Below, one piece after another: positions 33,462 through 43,252 of a stretch of DNA of 63,154 nt. Position numbers and translations under genes: made by a program. The notes beneath the pieces were generated by a model. That model worked only from the letters and a program-made list of their open reading frames with translations. It was not told the DNA's origin and searched no databases. Source of the stretch: Candidatus Nomurabacteria bacterium. Lineage in GTDB: Bacteria; Patescibacteriota; Minisyncoccia; Phycocordibacterales; UBA9973. Position 1 is the stretch's first letter. Every line of letters begins with the position of its first letter. The stretch spans positions 1 through 63,154 of the forward strand of contig CALRDL010000003.1 of the NCBI GenBank assembly GCA_943354905.1. The letters are read 5' to 3'.

Positions 33462-34349
33462 TTATTTCTGAAAAATAAAACTTTCTTTTTTGCCATCAGA
33501 TTTCATAATAATCGTCCCCAACAGATCTGTGCGTAAAACTTTTACACCAAATTTAGCTAAAGTGTTTAGAGTTTCTCTGTGCGGATGACCGTATTTGTTG
33601 TCCTTGCCATTTGAAACGATGGCATAAGTAGGTGCCACGGCCTTAACAAAAGAATCCGAGGTAGAAGTTCGCGATCCATGATGCCCGACTTTTAAAATAG
33701 TGCTTTTTATTCCTGCAAGGTCTTGCCTAGCAGTTTTTTTATGATTATCTAAAATTATTTTCTCTGTTTTACTAGTCGAATCACCAGTGAGCATTATAGA
33801 AGTCTGTCCGTATGACAATTTAGCCACAATCGATCCATCATTTGTATCCCACGTAGAAACGTCTTGATCCGGAAACAAAATATCTATCACCGCTCCACCA
33901 CCGATATCTATTCTCATTCCCTTTTTTACTAAAATGTTTTGAATTTTTTTATTTTTTATTTCTGCCTCTAGATTTTTAGATACTTTCGAATCATTTATTG
34001 TACCCGGCTCAAAAACCATATCCACATTATAAGTTTTTAAAATATCATTAAACCCTCCAATATGGTCAGCGTCTGGATTAGTGATGACGATCGCATCTAT
34101 ATGCCTATCAAACGGAGACATGACTCGTGCAAGTCCACTCAAAATTTTTCTTGGTGGGCCAACATCGAACAATATTTGTGTACCAGTCGGAGACTCTATG
34201 AATAATGCGTCGCCCTGTCCGACATCTAGTATTGCGAAAATTAGATCTTTTTTTGAACTTTTAAAATCTAGGTAAAAAAGATAGGTTGTACTTACTAAAA
34301 GTAAGCAAGTAAAAATGAATAGGCCATAACTTTGTTTCCTTGGAATCAT
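33462..34349 (-). CDS. ComEC-type MBL-fold domain protein (stand-alone, TM-anchored)
   Basis: ILDVGQGDALFIESPTGTQILFDVG and VGHHGS motifs, as in the ComEC C-terminal beta-lactamase domain. Confidence 0.75.
   Translation of the reverse strand: MIPRKQSYGLFIFTCLLLVSTTYLFYLDFKSSKKDLIFAILDVGQGDALFIESPTGTQILFDVGPPRKILSGLARVMSPFDRHIDAIVITNPDADHIGGFNDILKTYNVDMVFEPGTINDSKVSKNLEAEIKNKKIQNILVKKGMRIDIGGGAVIDILFPDQDVSTWDTNDGSIVAKLSYGQTSIMLTGDSTSKTEKIILDNHKKTARQDLAGIKSTILKVGHHGSRTSTSDSFVKAVAPTYAIVSNGKDNKYGHPHRETLNTLAKFGVKVLRTDLLGTIIMKSDGKKESFIFQK
33713..33733. repeat. Family C hairpin inside the comEC-MBL gene
   Basis: ctgcaagg-tcttg-cctagcag (one mismatch). Encodes ARQDLAG. Confidence 0.6.
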
Positions 34350-34363
34350 GCTATAATAGTACC

Positions 34364-34975
34364 ATGAAAAAATTTGAAGAATTAAAATTTAACCTGCCTG
34401 CGCAGGCAGGTATTGTCAGTCTAAAAGGTATCTCGGCAAAAAACATAGAGGAACACCTCAAGCTTTATGCAGGGTATGTCACTCATAGCAATCTTGTGTT
34501 AGAAAAAATAGAAGAATTGTCTACTGATCCAGAAAAAAATATGCCCATTTTGAGCGGACTACAAAAAAGATTTGGGTTCGAATATAATGGTATGCGAAAT
34601 CATGAAGTTTATTTCTCCTCTCTTTCTGGAGAACCAAAGAATCTTTCTATTGAAAGCGAACTTAAAAAAAACATTTCGGAAGAATGGATTTCATTTGAAA
34701 AATGGTTAACATTATTTAAGACTATTGCGACGACTCGTGGTGTAGGCTGGGCAATGCTCTACTACGACAGAAAAGAAAAAAGACTACTCAATGCTTGGGT
34801 AGATGAGCAACATTTAGGTCAACTTCAAGATTGTACACTCATTTTAGCCTTAGATATGTGGGAACATGCGTATGTTTATGATTACTCTACTTCTGAAAAG
34901 AAAAAATATATAGAAGCATTTTTCGAAAATCTAAATTGGGAAATAGTTGAAGAGAATTTCAAGAAGGCTATCTAG
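34364..34975 (+). CDS. Fe/Mn superoxide dismutase family protein
   Basis: DMWEHAYVYDY signature and NHEVYF. The start is taken at MKKFEELKF, with TATAAT at 34352-34357. Confidence 0.7.
   Translation: MKKFEELKFNLPAQAGIVSLKGISAKNIEEHLKLYAGYVTHSNLVLEKIEELSTDPEKNMPILSGLQKRFGFEYNGMRNHEVYFSSLSGEPKNLSIESELKKNISEEWISFEKWLTLFKTIATTRGVGWAMLYYDRKEKRLLNAWVDEQHLGQLQDCTLILALDMWEHAYVYDYSTSEKKKYIEAFFENLNWEIVEENFKKAI
34393..34414. repeat. Family B palindromic element inside the SOD-like gene
   Basis: The 22-mer cctgcctgcgcaggcaggtatt is identical to 21656-21677. Encodes LPAQAGI. Confidence 0.9.
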
Positions 34976-36435
34976 GAATTTTGAATACTTCTCCAAAAAA
35001 GTATATAAAAAAAATATACATAAATTAGTATTACAAAAATAAGCGGAAAGTCTGGAAAAACAATAGAAGCAAAAGAAAGCTTGGAGAAGAAATCTATAAC
35101 TCCAAGTTCATAATGCAAAAATAAATACGAGATAAATCCCAGTGGCACAGAAAATCCATACCAAAATAGCCCAGCAAATCCAGTCAAAAATCCGAGAAGC
35201 ATTGTGAAAGGTATAAATGGCAAAATTAAAAAATTTGCGGGCAAAGCAACTAAAGAAAGATTCCCCATCTTATAAAGTATAAACGGAGTTACAAATACAT
35301 AAGCCGAGAAAGTAACCGAAGCTATCTCGCGAAGAGCAAAATTTTTAGGAACCCATAAGAAATATTTTTCAATTCTTGGAGTTAAAAATATCACCGCAAT
35401 AGTCGCTAGAAATGAAAGTTGGAAAGAAACATCAAAGACTAAGACGAAAGGATTTATTAAAATCATAAAAACCCCAGCGAGGACAAGAGCTCGTGCGACA
35501 TCATAATTTCGCCCTGTCGCGCGAGCGAAGAGTGTAAGAGTGGCCATGATTCCAGCACGTATCGCAGTCGAACCAAAACCAGTCATTAAAATAAAAAGCC
35601 AAACTAGAAAAATTCCAGCCCCAATACTAGCACTCAAAGAGAAAATTTTAGAGAAACTTAAAAATTTCATAAACCATTCAGCTACTATGGTAACGTTATA
35701 ACCCGAGAGAGCGACGATATGGATAGTCCCAGTATTTATAAAATTATTTCGAAGCTCAGAACTAAAAGCAGCCTTCTCTCCTAGGATGAGTCCACCCATG
35801 AGTAAATTTTCTGGATTCGCAATATTCAAATCAATATTTCGCAAAAATTTCTTTTTAAAAGAAAATAAAATACTTTTTACAAAATTCCCATTATCACGAG
35901 AAACAATTTCTGCAGTTACGTAATTCATGACGTAATATATTCCATCTTTGCGCAAATAGTTTATATAATCAAATTCTTTCCCTTGATCAGTTATGAAATT
36001 TTCTGGCTTTTGCAGAATACCCTTAAAATTTATTTCGTCACCGTATTTAAATTCTTCACCAAAAGGAACAGTGACTAAAATTTTCGTGGTGGAAGGAGCC
36101 ACCAACACTGTTAATTTCTGATTATTCTCCGTGATATCTGGCTGGTCCACAATCTCTCCAGATAAAGTTACTTTCCCTCCCACTTGTGATTCGAAAAATT
36201 CCGGATTTGGTTTATCAACCATATCAAATCTCAAAATACCAAGCGAAAAAAATAAAATAAGACATGAGATGATTAATCCCATTCCAAAATTCTTTACTAT
36301 ACAGAAAAACAAAATAACCAATAGAGCTACAACTCCAAACCAGATAACTAAATATAAATTTACAAAAACAAAAGACCGCAACAACACTCCAAAAATAAAT
36401 CCAAAACAAGATGAGTAAAATATTTTATCTTGCAT
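34972..36435 (-). CDS. comEC: ComEC/Rec2 competence channel (DUF4131 + Competence domains, without MBL)
   Basis: 487 aa and polytopic, with an OB-like segment (KVTLSGEIVDQP...LTVL) followed by multiple TM helices. Confidence 0.75.
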   Translation of the reverse strand: MQDKIFYSSCFGFIFGVLLRSFVFVNLYLVIWFGVVALLVILFFCIVKNFGMGLIISCLILFFSLGILRFDMVDKPNPEFFESQVGGKVTLSGEIVDQPDITENNQKLTVLVAPSTTKILVTVPFGEEFKYGDEINFKGILQKPENFITDQGKEFDYINYLRKDGIYYVMNYVTAEIVSRDNGNFVKSILFSFKKKFLRNIDLNIANPENLLMGGLILGEKAAFSSELRNNFINTGTIHIVALSGYNVTIVAEWFMKFLSFSKIFSLSASIGAGIFLVWLFILMTGFGSTAIRAGIMATLTLFARATGRNYDVARALVLAGVFMILINPFVLVFDVSFQLSFLATIAVIFLTPRIEKYFLWVPKNFALREIASVTFSAYVFVTPFILYKMGNLSLVALPANFLILPFIPFTMLLGFLTGFAGLFWYGFSVPLGFISYLFLHYELGVIDFFSKLSFASIVFPDFPLIFVILIYVYFFYILFWRSIQNS

Positions 36436-36454
36436 TTTTAATCAAAATTAAATT

Positions 36455-36967
36455 TTATTTCTTTAACTCCACTGGTTCGCCTTCTGCAAAACTTGTAGCG
36501 ATCACGTCGGCTCGTTCGTTCCACTCATGACCATTGTGTCCTTTGACATAAGTCCATTTTGGTTTTAATTCTTCTGTAAGTTTATACAATTCTTCCCAAA
36601 GTTCACGATTTACTACTGGCTTTTTGGCTGCATTTCGCCAATTATTTTTCTGCCAATTAAAAATCCATTCGGTGATTCCCAAAATCACATATTTGGAATC
36701 AGAGACTACTTCGATATCTTGCGTTAGGTCTTGCCTAACGCAATATTTCAAAGCTTCTATGGGTGCAGTTAGTTCCATCTGATTGTTAGTAGCATGCTCT
36801 TTACTACCACCTATTTCTATCACTTTCAACTTTTCACTTTCAACTTTCAACTTGTCATTATGGAACATAATAATCGCGCCCCAGCCAGCTTTCCCCGGGT
36901 TCCCCTTCGCCGCTCCGTCTGTATAAATTGTAATTTTTTCTTTAGTCATTTGATTTAGCGAAATCAT
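36455..36967 (-). CDS. rnhA: Ribonuclease HI
   Basis: IYTDGAAKGNPG, NNQMEL, SDSKYV and VKGHNGHEWNERAD motifs. Confidence 0.9.
   Translation of the reverse strand: MISLNQMTKEKITIYTDGAAKGNPGKAGWGAIIMFHNDKLKVESEKLKVIEIGGSKEHATNNQMELTAPIEALKYCVRQDLTQDIEVVSDSKYVILGITEWIFNWQKNNWRNAAKKPVVNRELWEELYKLTEELKPKWTYVKGHNGHEWNERADVIATSFAEGEPVELKK
36719..36743. repeat. Family C hairpin inside rnhA
   Basis: ttgcgttagg-tcttg-cctaacgcaa with a perfect 10-bp stem. Encodes CVRQDLTQ. Confidence 0.8.
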
Positions 36968-36997
36968 GCAGAGAAATCGTCAATTAAAGTATTGCTA

Positions 36998-38707
36998 TTA
37001 ATAAATATCCTCTATCCTCAATCTTAACTCTTCTTTCCCCCGAAACCTAGACAAGTCGAAAGTGGCTAGTAAATTTACGTTAATCCCTTCTTCTAGAACT
37101 TTACTAAAAGAATCCAGCCCAGAAAAAAAGGAAATCGCCACGACTTTTGTATTTGTATTTTCATCTCCCTCTTGATTTTTATTGGAAAAAATAATTTCCA
37201 AATGTTCGCCTGAACCATTCTTGCCGAACTTTTTTAATTTTTCTATTTTTACATTTTCAAAAAGAAATATCGGCTTGGGATTAGCAAGACCAAATGGTGT
37301 CATCTTTTCTATTTCTCGCCAATTTTTCATATTCACAGCGTTCAGAGTAAATTTTATATCAAAATTTACTCCCATCGTTCCTCCCCCTACATAGGGGGAG
37401 GTGCCGAAGGCGGAGGGGGTAAGTTTCTTAAATGAAAGTGATAAAGCCTCTTCCAAGAAATGCACTTTCTCAGTATGCACAGTGAAACCTCCGGCCAGCT
37501 CGTGCCCACCAAAATCCAAAAAGAATTCTTTCGTTTCTGTCATGAGTTCGACTATAGAGACAGATCCAGGCGAACGACAAGAACCCTTGATGCAATCATT
37601 TTCATCTTTTCCCCAAACAAAAACAGGCTTGTTGTATTCATCCATGATTTTTCCAGCTACAAGTCCGAGCACCCCAACTCTCCAATTCGGATTCCCGACG
37701 ACGATCACTTCATTCATTTCTCTCAAAGGACTATTGCTGAAAGTTTTTCCTACATCACGCATTATCCCCTTCACGATGTTTTTTCTTTCATCGTTTATTT
37801 TTGATAAATGGATAGCCAAATTATCACCCTCGACTTCATCAATGGTGGAAAGAAGTTCGAATGCTCGCATAGGGTCGTCCATTCGAGAAGCAGCGTTTAT
37901 GCGGGGTGTTAACATGAATCCAACATCATCTTCAGATAAATATTTTTGATCAATATTCATTTTAGCTAAAAGTTTTTGTAACCCCGGACGTGGAGATTTG
38001 CGTAAAACTTTCATCCCAAAATAGGCAATGGCTCTATTTTCCCCCGTAAGGGGGACCATATCTGAAAGAGTGGCCAATCCAGCCATATCGAGACTCCATT
38101 TTTCCCAACCATTAGTAATCTTAAAAAATTCACCATATTTTTTTACAAAACCTTGCACGAATTTGAACATGACTCCCGAACCACAAAGCATCTTCTCGGG
38201 ATAATCATCAACTTTAGGATTCAAAATAGCAAAAGCTCTCGGCAATGTCTCATGTGGTAAGTGATGATCTGTGATTATCACGTCTATGCCAGCAATTGAG
38301 GCTTCCGCTACTTCTTCTACTGCTGTGATACCCAGATCTATCGTAATAATAAGCTGGACTCCACTTTTTATAAATTTCCCAATTGCAATTAAGTTTAATC
38401 CATAACCTTCAGAGTTTCTTTGTGGGATATAAACTTCATAGTTTTTATAATTTATTTTTTTTAGTAAATCACTCAAGATCACTGCCCCTGGAATCCCGTC
38501 ACAATCATAGTCTGCATAAATAATTATCTTTTCATTATTGTCGATCGCTTGATAAAGTCGTACACAAGCACGTTCCATATCACGCATCAAAAAAGGATCG
38601 TGAAGATCCCGATCATAGTCTGGATTTAAAAAAGCGTTTATTTCTTGATCATTTTTAAGCCCGCATTTTAAAAGTAATTCTTTCAATAATTCTCCACTTT
38701 GGTGCAT
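36998..38707 (-). CDS. recJ: Single-stranded-DNA-specific exonuclease RecJ
   Basis: DHH motifs (IYADYDCDG, ITDHH), DHHA1 and GGHELAGG. The start is taken at MHQSGELL. Confidence 0.85.
   Translation of the reverse strand: MHQSGELLKELLLKCGLKNDQEINAFLNPDYDRDLHDPFLMRDMERACVRLYQAIDNNEKIIIYADYDCDGIPGAVILSDLLKKINYKNYEVYIPQRNSEGYGLNLIAIGKFIKSGVQLIITIDLGITAVEEVAEASIAGIDVIITDHHLPHETLPRAFAILNPKVDDYPEKMLCGSGVMFKFVQGFVKKYGEFFKITNGWEKWSLDMAGLATLSDMVPLTGENRAIAYFGMKVLRKSPRPGLQKLLAKMNIDQKYLSEDDVGFMLTPRINAASRMDDPMRAFELLSTIDEVEGDNLAIHLSKINDERKNIVKGIMRDVGKTFSNSPLREMNEVIVVGNPNWRVGVLGLVAGKIMDEYNKPVFVWGKDENDCIKGSCRSPGSVSIVELMTETKEFFLDFGGHELAGGFTVHTEKVHFLEEALSLSFKKLTPSAFGTSPYVGGGTMGVNFDIKFTLNAVNMKNWREIEKMTPFGLANPKPIFLFENVKIEKLKKFGKNGSGEHLEIIFSNKNQEGDENTNTKVVAISFFSGLDSFSKVLEEGINVNLLATFDLSRFRGKEELRLRIEDIY
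37380..37401. repeat. Family A palindrome inside recJ
   Basis: cctcccccta-ca-tagggggagg, followed by gccgaaggcgg/ggagggggt. Encodes SAFGTSPYVGGG. Confidence 0.85.
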
Positions 38708-38745
38708 AGCAACAATTTTAACATAATGTACTATAATATACTCAT

Positions 38746-39204
38746 ATGGAAGATTGCATTTTTTGCAAAATAGTAAAAGGAGAAGCTCCTTCTTATAAAA
38801 TTTGGGAAGATAAAGAACATTTAGCTTTTCTAACACCCTTCCCAAATACTGAAGGATTTAGTGTTGTAATAACAAAACAACATTATCCTAGCTATGCTTT
38901 TCATTTACCAGATAATATTTTGAAGAAATTAATTATTGCTTCTAAAAAAGTGGGGAAGCTCTTAGATTCCAAACTTGAAGATGTTGGAAGAACCGGAATG
39001 ATTTTCGAAGGTTTCGGCGTAGATCATGTACACGCAAAACTTTTCCCTATGCATGGAACCAAAAATAAAAAATGGAGACCCAGAAATTCTAATGTGAAAA
39101 AATATTTTAAAAAGTATGAAGGTTATATTTCATCTCACGATTATAAAAAAGAAAGTGATGAAAAACTAAAAAAGACGGCAAGAAAAATTGCCTCAAGGCT
39201 TTAA
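38746..39204 (+). CDS. HIT-family nucleotide hydrolase/transferase
   Basis: CIFCKIVKGE N-terminus and VDHVHAKLFP (the third His of HxHxH is replaced by K). Confidence 0.7.
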   Translation: MEDCIFCKIVKGEAPSYKIWEDKEHLAFLTPFPNTEGFSVVITKQHYPSYAFHLPDNILKKLIIASKKVGKLLDSKLEDVGRTGMIFEGFGVDHVHAKLFPMHGTKNKKWRPRNSNVKKYFKKYEGYISSHDYKKESDEKLKKTARKIASRL

Positions 39205-39225
39205 AGTGTTGTAAAAGTCGCCATT

Positions 39226-39258
39226 AGAAAACGACTAGGTCTTGCCTAGTCGTTTTCT
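39226..39258. terminator. Bidirectional hairpin between convergent hit and pgk (family C core)
   Basis: agaaaacgactagg-tcttg-cctagtcgttttct with a perfect 14-bp stem. It overlaps the last codons of pgk. Confidence 0.7.
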
Positions 39259-40472
39259 AAAAGTGGTATAAGTGCAGGCAAAGTTTTTCCTGCCAAAAAT
39301 TCTAGTGTCGCTCCTCCAGCTAGACTAATGTATGAATAATCTTCTAGATTTGTATATTTACGTGCAACATTTATAGTATCTCCACCAGCTAATATGGTTT
39401 TTCCCGTATGATTTTTAGTAATATCCATCATTGCTTCCAAAATAAACTTAGAACCTTCCCTAAATTTTTCATTTTCAAACTTACCCATTGGGCCACTCAA
39501 AAAAACTGTTTTTGAACTTCTAATAATTTCTGAAAAAGTTTCTCTAGTCTTCGGGCCAATATCAAAAGCACCCCAGTCATTTGGTATACTTTCTGTATTA
39601 ATGTCTAAAATTCTACTCGAAATCCCATCTGAAATCACAACATCAGACGGATATACAATTTTTTCTTTATATTTTTCTAAAATTTCCTTAGCATAAACTA
39701 TCCAATCCTTTTTTTCACGCCTTTTTTCATCTACAAAAACATCTTCCATAAAAGAAATACCGAGTTCTACTCCTTCGGCCTTTAAAAATACATTAGCTAC
39801 AGCTCCACCGACTAAAACTTTGTCAGCTATTTTTAACAAATTATTTACAGAATCCACCTTATCAGAAATCTTCGCCCCTCCGATTAAAACAGTAAAGGGT
39901 CGTGCTGGATTTTCTAAAAGATTTGTCAGCATCTCTACTTCTTGCCTTAAATAAAGACCTGCAACCGAAGGTAGGTGCCTCTCGATTCCAGTTGTTGAGG
40001 AATGGACTCTGTGTGCCTGAGGAAAACCGTCAAAAACTAAAATATCTTTTCCTAAACAAAGTTTTTTTGCAAATTCATCATCGTCTATCATCTCTTCTTT
40101 GTAAAATCTAACGTTTTCGAGCATTAAAATATCACCGTTTTTCATTTCAGAGATTTTTTCTTCCACTAGTGGACCAATACAATCATCTATTTTTGAAACT
40201 GGATGCCCTAAAAGTTCAGCTAGTCTTTCGGCGTGCGGATTTGTGCGAAGTTTTTCTATCACCACCCCATCTGGTCGACCCACATATGTGAGAATTACAA
40301 TTTTGCAATTTTCTTTTAGTAAATATTCCAAAGTCGCTAAAGTCATTTTGATTCTCATGTCATCTGACAGCTCTAGTATGCCATCAATATCCCTTACTTC
40401 AATATCATACGGTGCTCGATAAAGAATAGTTTTTTCTTTTAGATTAATATCTTCAAGTTTTTTTAGTTTCAT
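39246..40472 (-). CDS. pgk: Phosphoglycerate kinase
   Basis: 408 aa with LENVRFYKEE, GGAKISDK and GGGATLEF motifs. Confidence 0.9.
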   Translation of the reverse strand: MKLKKLEDINLKEKTILYRAPYDIEVRDIDGILELSDDMRIKMTLATLEYLLKENCKIVILTYVGRPDGVVIEKLRTNPHAERLAELLGHPVSKIDDCIGPLVEEKISEMKNGDILMLENVRFYKEEMIDDDEFAKKLCLGKDILVFDGFPQAHRVHSSTTGIERHLPSVAGLYLRQEVEMLTNLLENPARPFTVLIGGAKISDKVDSVNNLLKIADKVLVGGAVANVFLKAEGVELGISFMEDVFVDEKRREKKDWIVYAKEILEKYKEKIVYPSDVVISDGISSRILDINTESIPNDWGAFDIGPKTRETFSEIIRSSKTVFLSGPMGKFENEKFREGSKFILEAMMDITKNHTGKTILAGGDTINVARKYTNLEDYSYISLAGGATLEFLAGKTLPALIPLLEND

Positions 40473-41251
40473 AAATTCTCTGCTATTTTTACTATCCCCC
40501 CAAATTTTTTAGCATCCAAACTCACCTGACCAGGAAGCAAACCGTCCACTCCACCATTTGTTAAAAATTCTCCGGCGTTTCGCTCTGTTACCGACCCACC
40601 ATAGATAATCCTCGGTAGTTCTGTCTTAACTCCAAATTTATCAGAAAGTATTTTTTTTATAAAGATAGCCATCTCGAGACAGTCCGCAGGAGTCGCATCT
40701 TTTCTATTCACAGTCGAAGACAGAGCCCAGACAGGTTCATAGGCAATAATTATTTTTGAAATTAAATTTTTAGAAATCCCATCCAAGCAAATTTCGATTT
40801 GTTCTTTGACCACATTAAAATACGAATGATTTCCATCTCTCTCATTTTCTCCGACACAAAAAACTGGTACAAGACCTGAGGCAAGGGCGGATTTTATTTT
40901 TTTATTTATACTGTTATTATTTTCCCCAAGAGTTCGCCTTTCAGAATGACCCAAAATCACATATTTAACCCCAATATTAGCGAGCATTTCTGGAGAAATT
41001 TCTCCCGTAAAAGGACCGACGTCGCCAACGAAAGCATCTTGAGCGCCAAGAGATACTTTCTGATTAGATCTAGATAATTTTTTTATATTTTCTAAATATA
41101 TAAATGGAGGACAAACTATAATTTCTGTTTTTTTATTCCCTAAAAGTTCCTTCATTATATTTCTGAAGAGCTTCTCCGCGTCTTTTAAAGTTATTGGATT
41201 CATTTTCCAGTTCCCGATAATTATTTTTTTTACTCTATTCCTTGTTTGCAT
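40469..41251 (-). CDS. tpiA: Triose-phosphate isomerase
   Basis: GNWKMN, ILGHSERR, AYEPVWA and GGS motifs. Confidence 0.9.
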   Translation of the reverse strand: MQTRNRVKKIIIGNWKMNPITLKDAEKLFRNIMKELLGNKKTEIIVCPPFIYLENIKKLSRSNQKVSLGAQDAFVGDVGPFTGEISPEMLANIGVKYVILGHSERRTLGENNNSINKKIKSALASGLVPVFCVGENERDGNHSYFNVVKEQIEICLDGISKNLISKIIIAYEPVWALSSTVNRKDATPADCLEMAIFIKKILSDKFGVKTELPRIIYGGSVTERNAGEFLTNGGVDGLLPGQVSLDAKKFGGIVKIAENL

Positions 41252-41288
41252 ATAGCAAATTATATCATAATACGTTAAAATATCGATA

Positions 41289-42608
41289 ATGACTTCTCGC
41301 GGGTTTACTTTAGTGGAAACAGTAGTTGGTAGCGCAATATTTTTGCTAGTGGCTTTATCTTCTTACAAAGCTTTTAGTACACTGATGAGCGCTGTTTTAT
41401 CATCTCAAGCAAAAATAGCGGCAACATCTATTGCTAATGAAAAATTTGAAATCATGCGCAATCTCACCTACACTGACGTAGGAATAATAGGAGGATTACC
41501 ATCAGGTAAAATAGCAAAAAATCAAACTGTAACGCGTGGAACTTATACTTTTAACATAACAAATACAGTGAGAAGTATAGATGATCCGTTTGATGGAACT
41601 ATTGAAGGAAGTCCAAATGATACTTCGCCAGCGGATTACAAATTGGTCGACCTCGACATAACTTGCATTAATTGCAAATTACTTTCTCCGTTAAAATTCA
41701 CTACTTTGTTTGCCCCTCGAGCACTTGAGACTGATCTTGCCAATGGCGCATTATACATTCAAGCTTTAAATGCTAATGGCATAGGGGTGTCTGGAGTTTC
41801 TGTGCACATAGTAAACACAGAAGCCAACCCAGACATTGTCGTAGATGATGTTACAGATAATGCTGGCTGGCTTCGAATAGTCGACGCTGTACCTGGAACA
41901 AATGCATACAACATCACAGTCACAAAATCTGGATACTCACAAGATCAAACTTACACAGACGGTGGTGTAGCTGGGCTAAACCCAATAAAGAGAGATTCGA
42001 CTGTGGTCGTTCAACAAGTAACTCAAGCGAGTTTTTCCATAGACATGTTGAGTTCTCTAACTATAAATACAGTTGATGCTTTATGTGTAGCTACACCAAA
42101 TCTTGGTTTTTCCCTAACAGGTACAAAGTTGATCGGAACGCCTTTAGTCTTGAAATATCCTGTCAAAAATTTTACAACAAATACACTAGGAACATACACG
42201 ATCCAAAACCTAGAATGGGATACATATAACGCTCTACTCACATCCACATCGTATGATTTAGCTGGAACTACTCCATTGCCTTCTTTTTCAATAAACCCAA
42301 ACGAAACTAAAACCTTACAGATGCTAACAGTCCCCCATTTAAATTACGCACTCTTAGTTTCAGTAAAAGATTCAAATAACTTCCCCATAGATGGAGCAAT
42401 AGTGACTCTCCAAAAAACTCCTTTTAATGAAAATAAAACTACTGGTGGTGAAGTAGCTTGTCCTACTCCCGGACAAGTATTTTGGAATGGACTTGCGAAT
42501 GGTAAATATATTCTGACTGTTTCAAAAGCAGGTTATCAACCATACATTAATGCCAATCTCGACATTACTAGCAACTGGCAAAATCAAACTATTACTTTGA
42601 TACCTTAA
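41289..42608 (+). CDS. Large prepilin-type (pseudopilin/minor pilin) protein
   Basis: SRGFTLVETVVGSAIFLLV class III signal. Long beta-rich body with carboxypeptidase-regulatory-like segments. Confidence 0.7.
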   Translation: MTSRGFTLVETVVGSAIFLLVALSSYKAFSTLMSAVLSSQAKIAATSIANEKFEIMRNLTYTDVGIIGGLPSGKIAKNQTVTRGTYTFNITNTVRSIDDPFDGTIEGSPNDTSPADYKLVDLDITCINCKLLSPLKFTTLFAPRALETDLANGALYIQALNANGIGVSGVSVHIVNTEANPDIVVDDVTDNAGWLRIVDAVPGTNAYNITVTKSGYSQDQTYTDGGVAGLNPIKRDSTVVVQQVTQASFSIDMLSSLTINTVDALCVATPNLGFSLTGTKLIGTPLVLKYPVKNFTTNTLGTYTIQNLEWDTYNALLTSTSYDLAGTTPLPSFSINPNETKTLQMLTVPHLNYALLVSVKDSNNFPIDGAIVTLQKTPFNENKTTGGEVACPTPGQVFWNGLANGKYILTVSKAGYQPYINANLDITSNWQNQTITLIP

Positions 42609-42618
42609 ATTTATATTT

Positions 42619-43242
42619 ATGCAAAAAGATAAGATGAATAAATTAAAAAATAAAAGAAATGGGTTTACTTTAGTCGAAACACTTTTTGGAATTTCTATTT
42701 TTATTTTGATATGTCTAGTTCTCACCCTACTAGCTAGGAATATTTGGAAATATAACTCTTTTATTTCTTTAGGACTCACAAATTCAGACAATATAAGACC
42801 AGTCTTGAAGACAATGACTGCTGAGATACGCACAGCGTCTTCGGCCAATACTGGTGCTTACACCATAAGTGAGGCAAATTCTACTTCTTTCATATTTTAT
42901 TCCGATATAGATGACAATGAATTAAAAGAAAGGGTGCGTTATTTTTTAAATGGAAATCTTTTACAAAGAGGAATAACAGTTCCAACAGGAAGTCCTCTAA
43001 TTTACAACCTAGCCACAGAAAAAATAAATACTTTACTCACAGATGTGACGAGTTCATTAATTTTTGATTACTATAATAGTAGTTATGATGGAACTACCGC
43101 TCCACTTCCCTCGCCTATAGATATTGCTGCTATTCGTTTAATAAAAATTACCGTAGTGGTCGATAAAGATCTAAACAACCCTCCTGCCGCAGTTACATTT
43201 TCAACTCAAATCTCCATCAGAAATTTGAAAGACAATTTGTAA
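42619..43242 (+). CDS. Prepilin-type minor pilin (PulJ/PilW-like)
   Basis: KRNGFTLVETLFGISIFIL class III signal. Confidence 0.7.
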   Translation: MQKDKMNKLKNKRNGFTLVETLFGISIFILICLVLTLLARNIWKYNSFISLGLTNSDNIRPVLKTMTAEIRTASSANTGAYTISEANSTSFIFYSDIDDNELKERVRYFLNGNLLQRGITVPTGSPLIYNLATEKINTLLTDVTSSLIFDYYNSSYDGTTAPLPSPIDIAAIRLIKITVVVDKDLNNPPAAVTFSTQISIRNLKDNL

Positions 43243-43252
43243 TAAATAAAAT

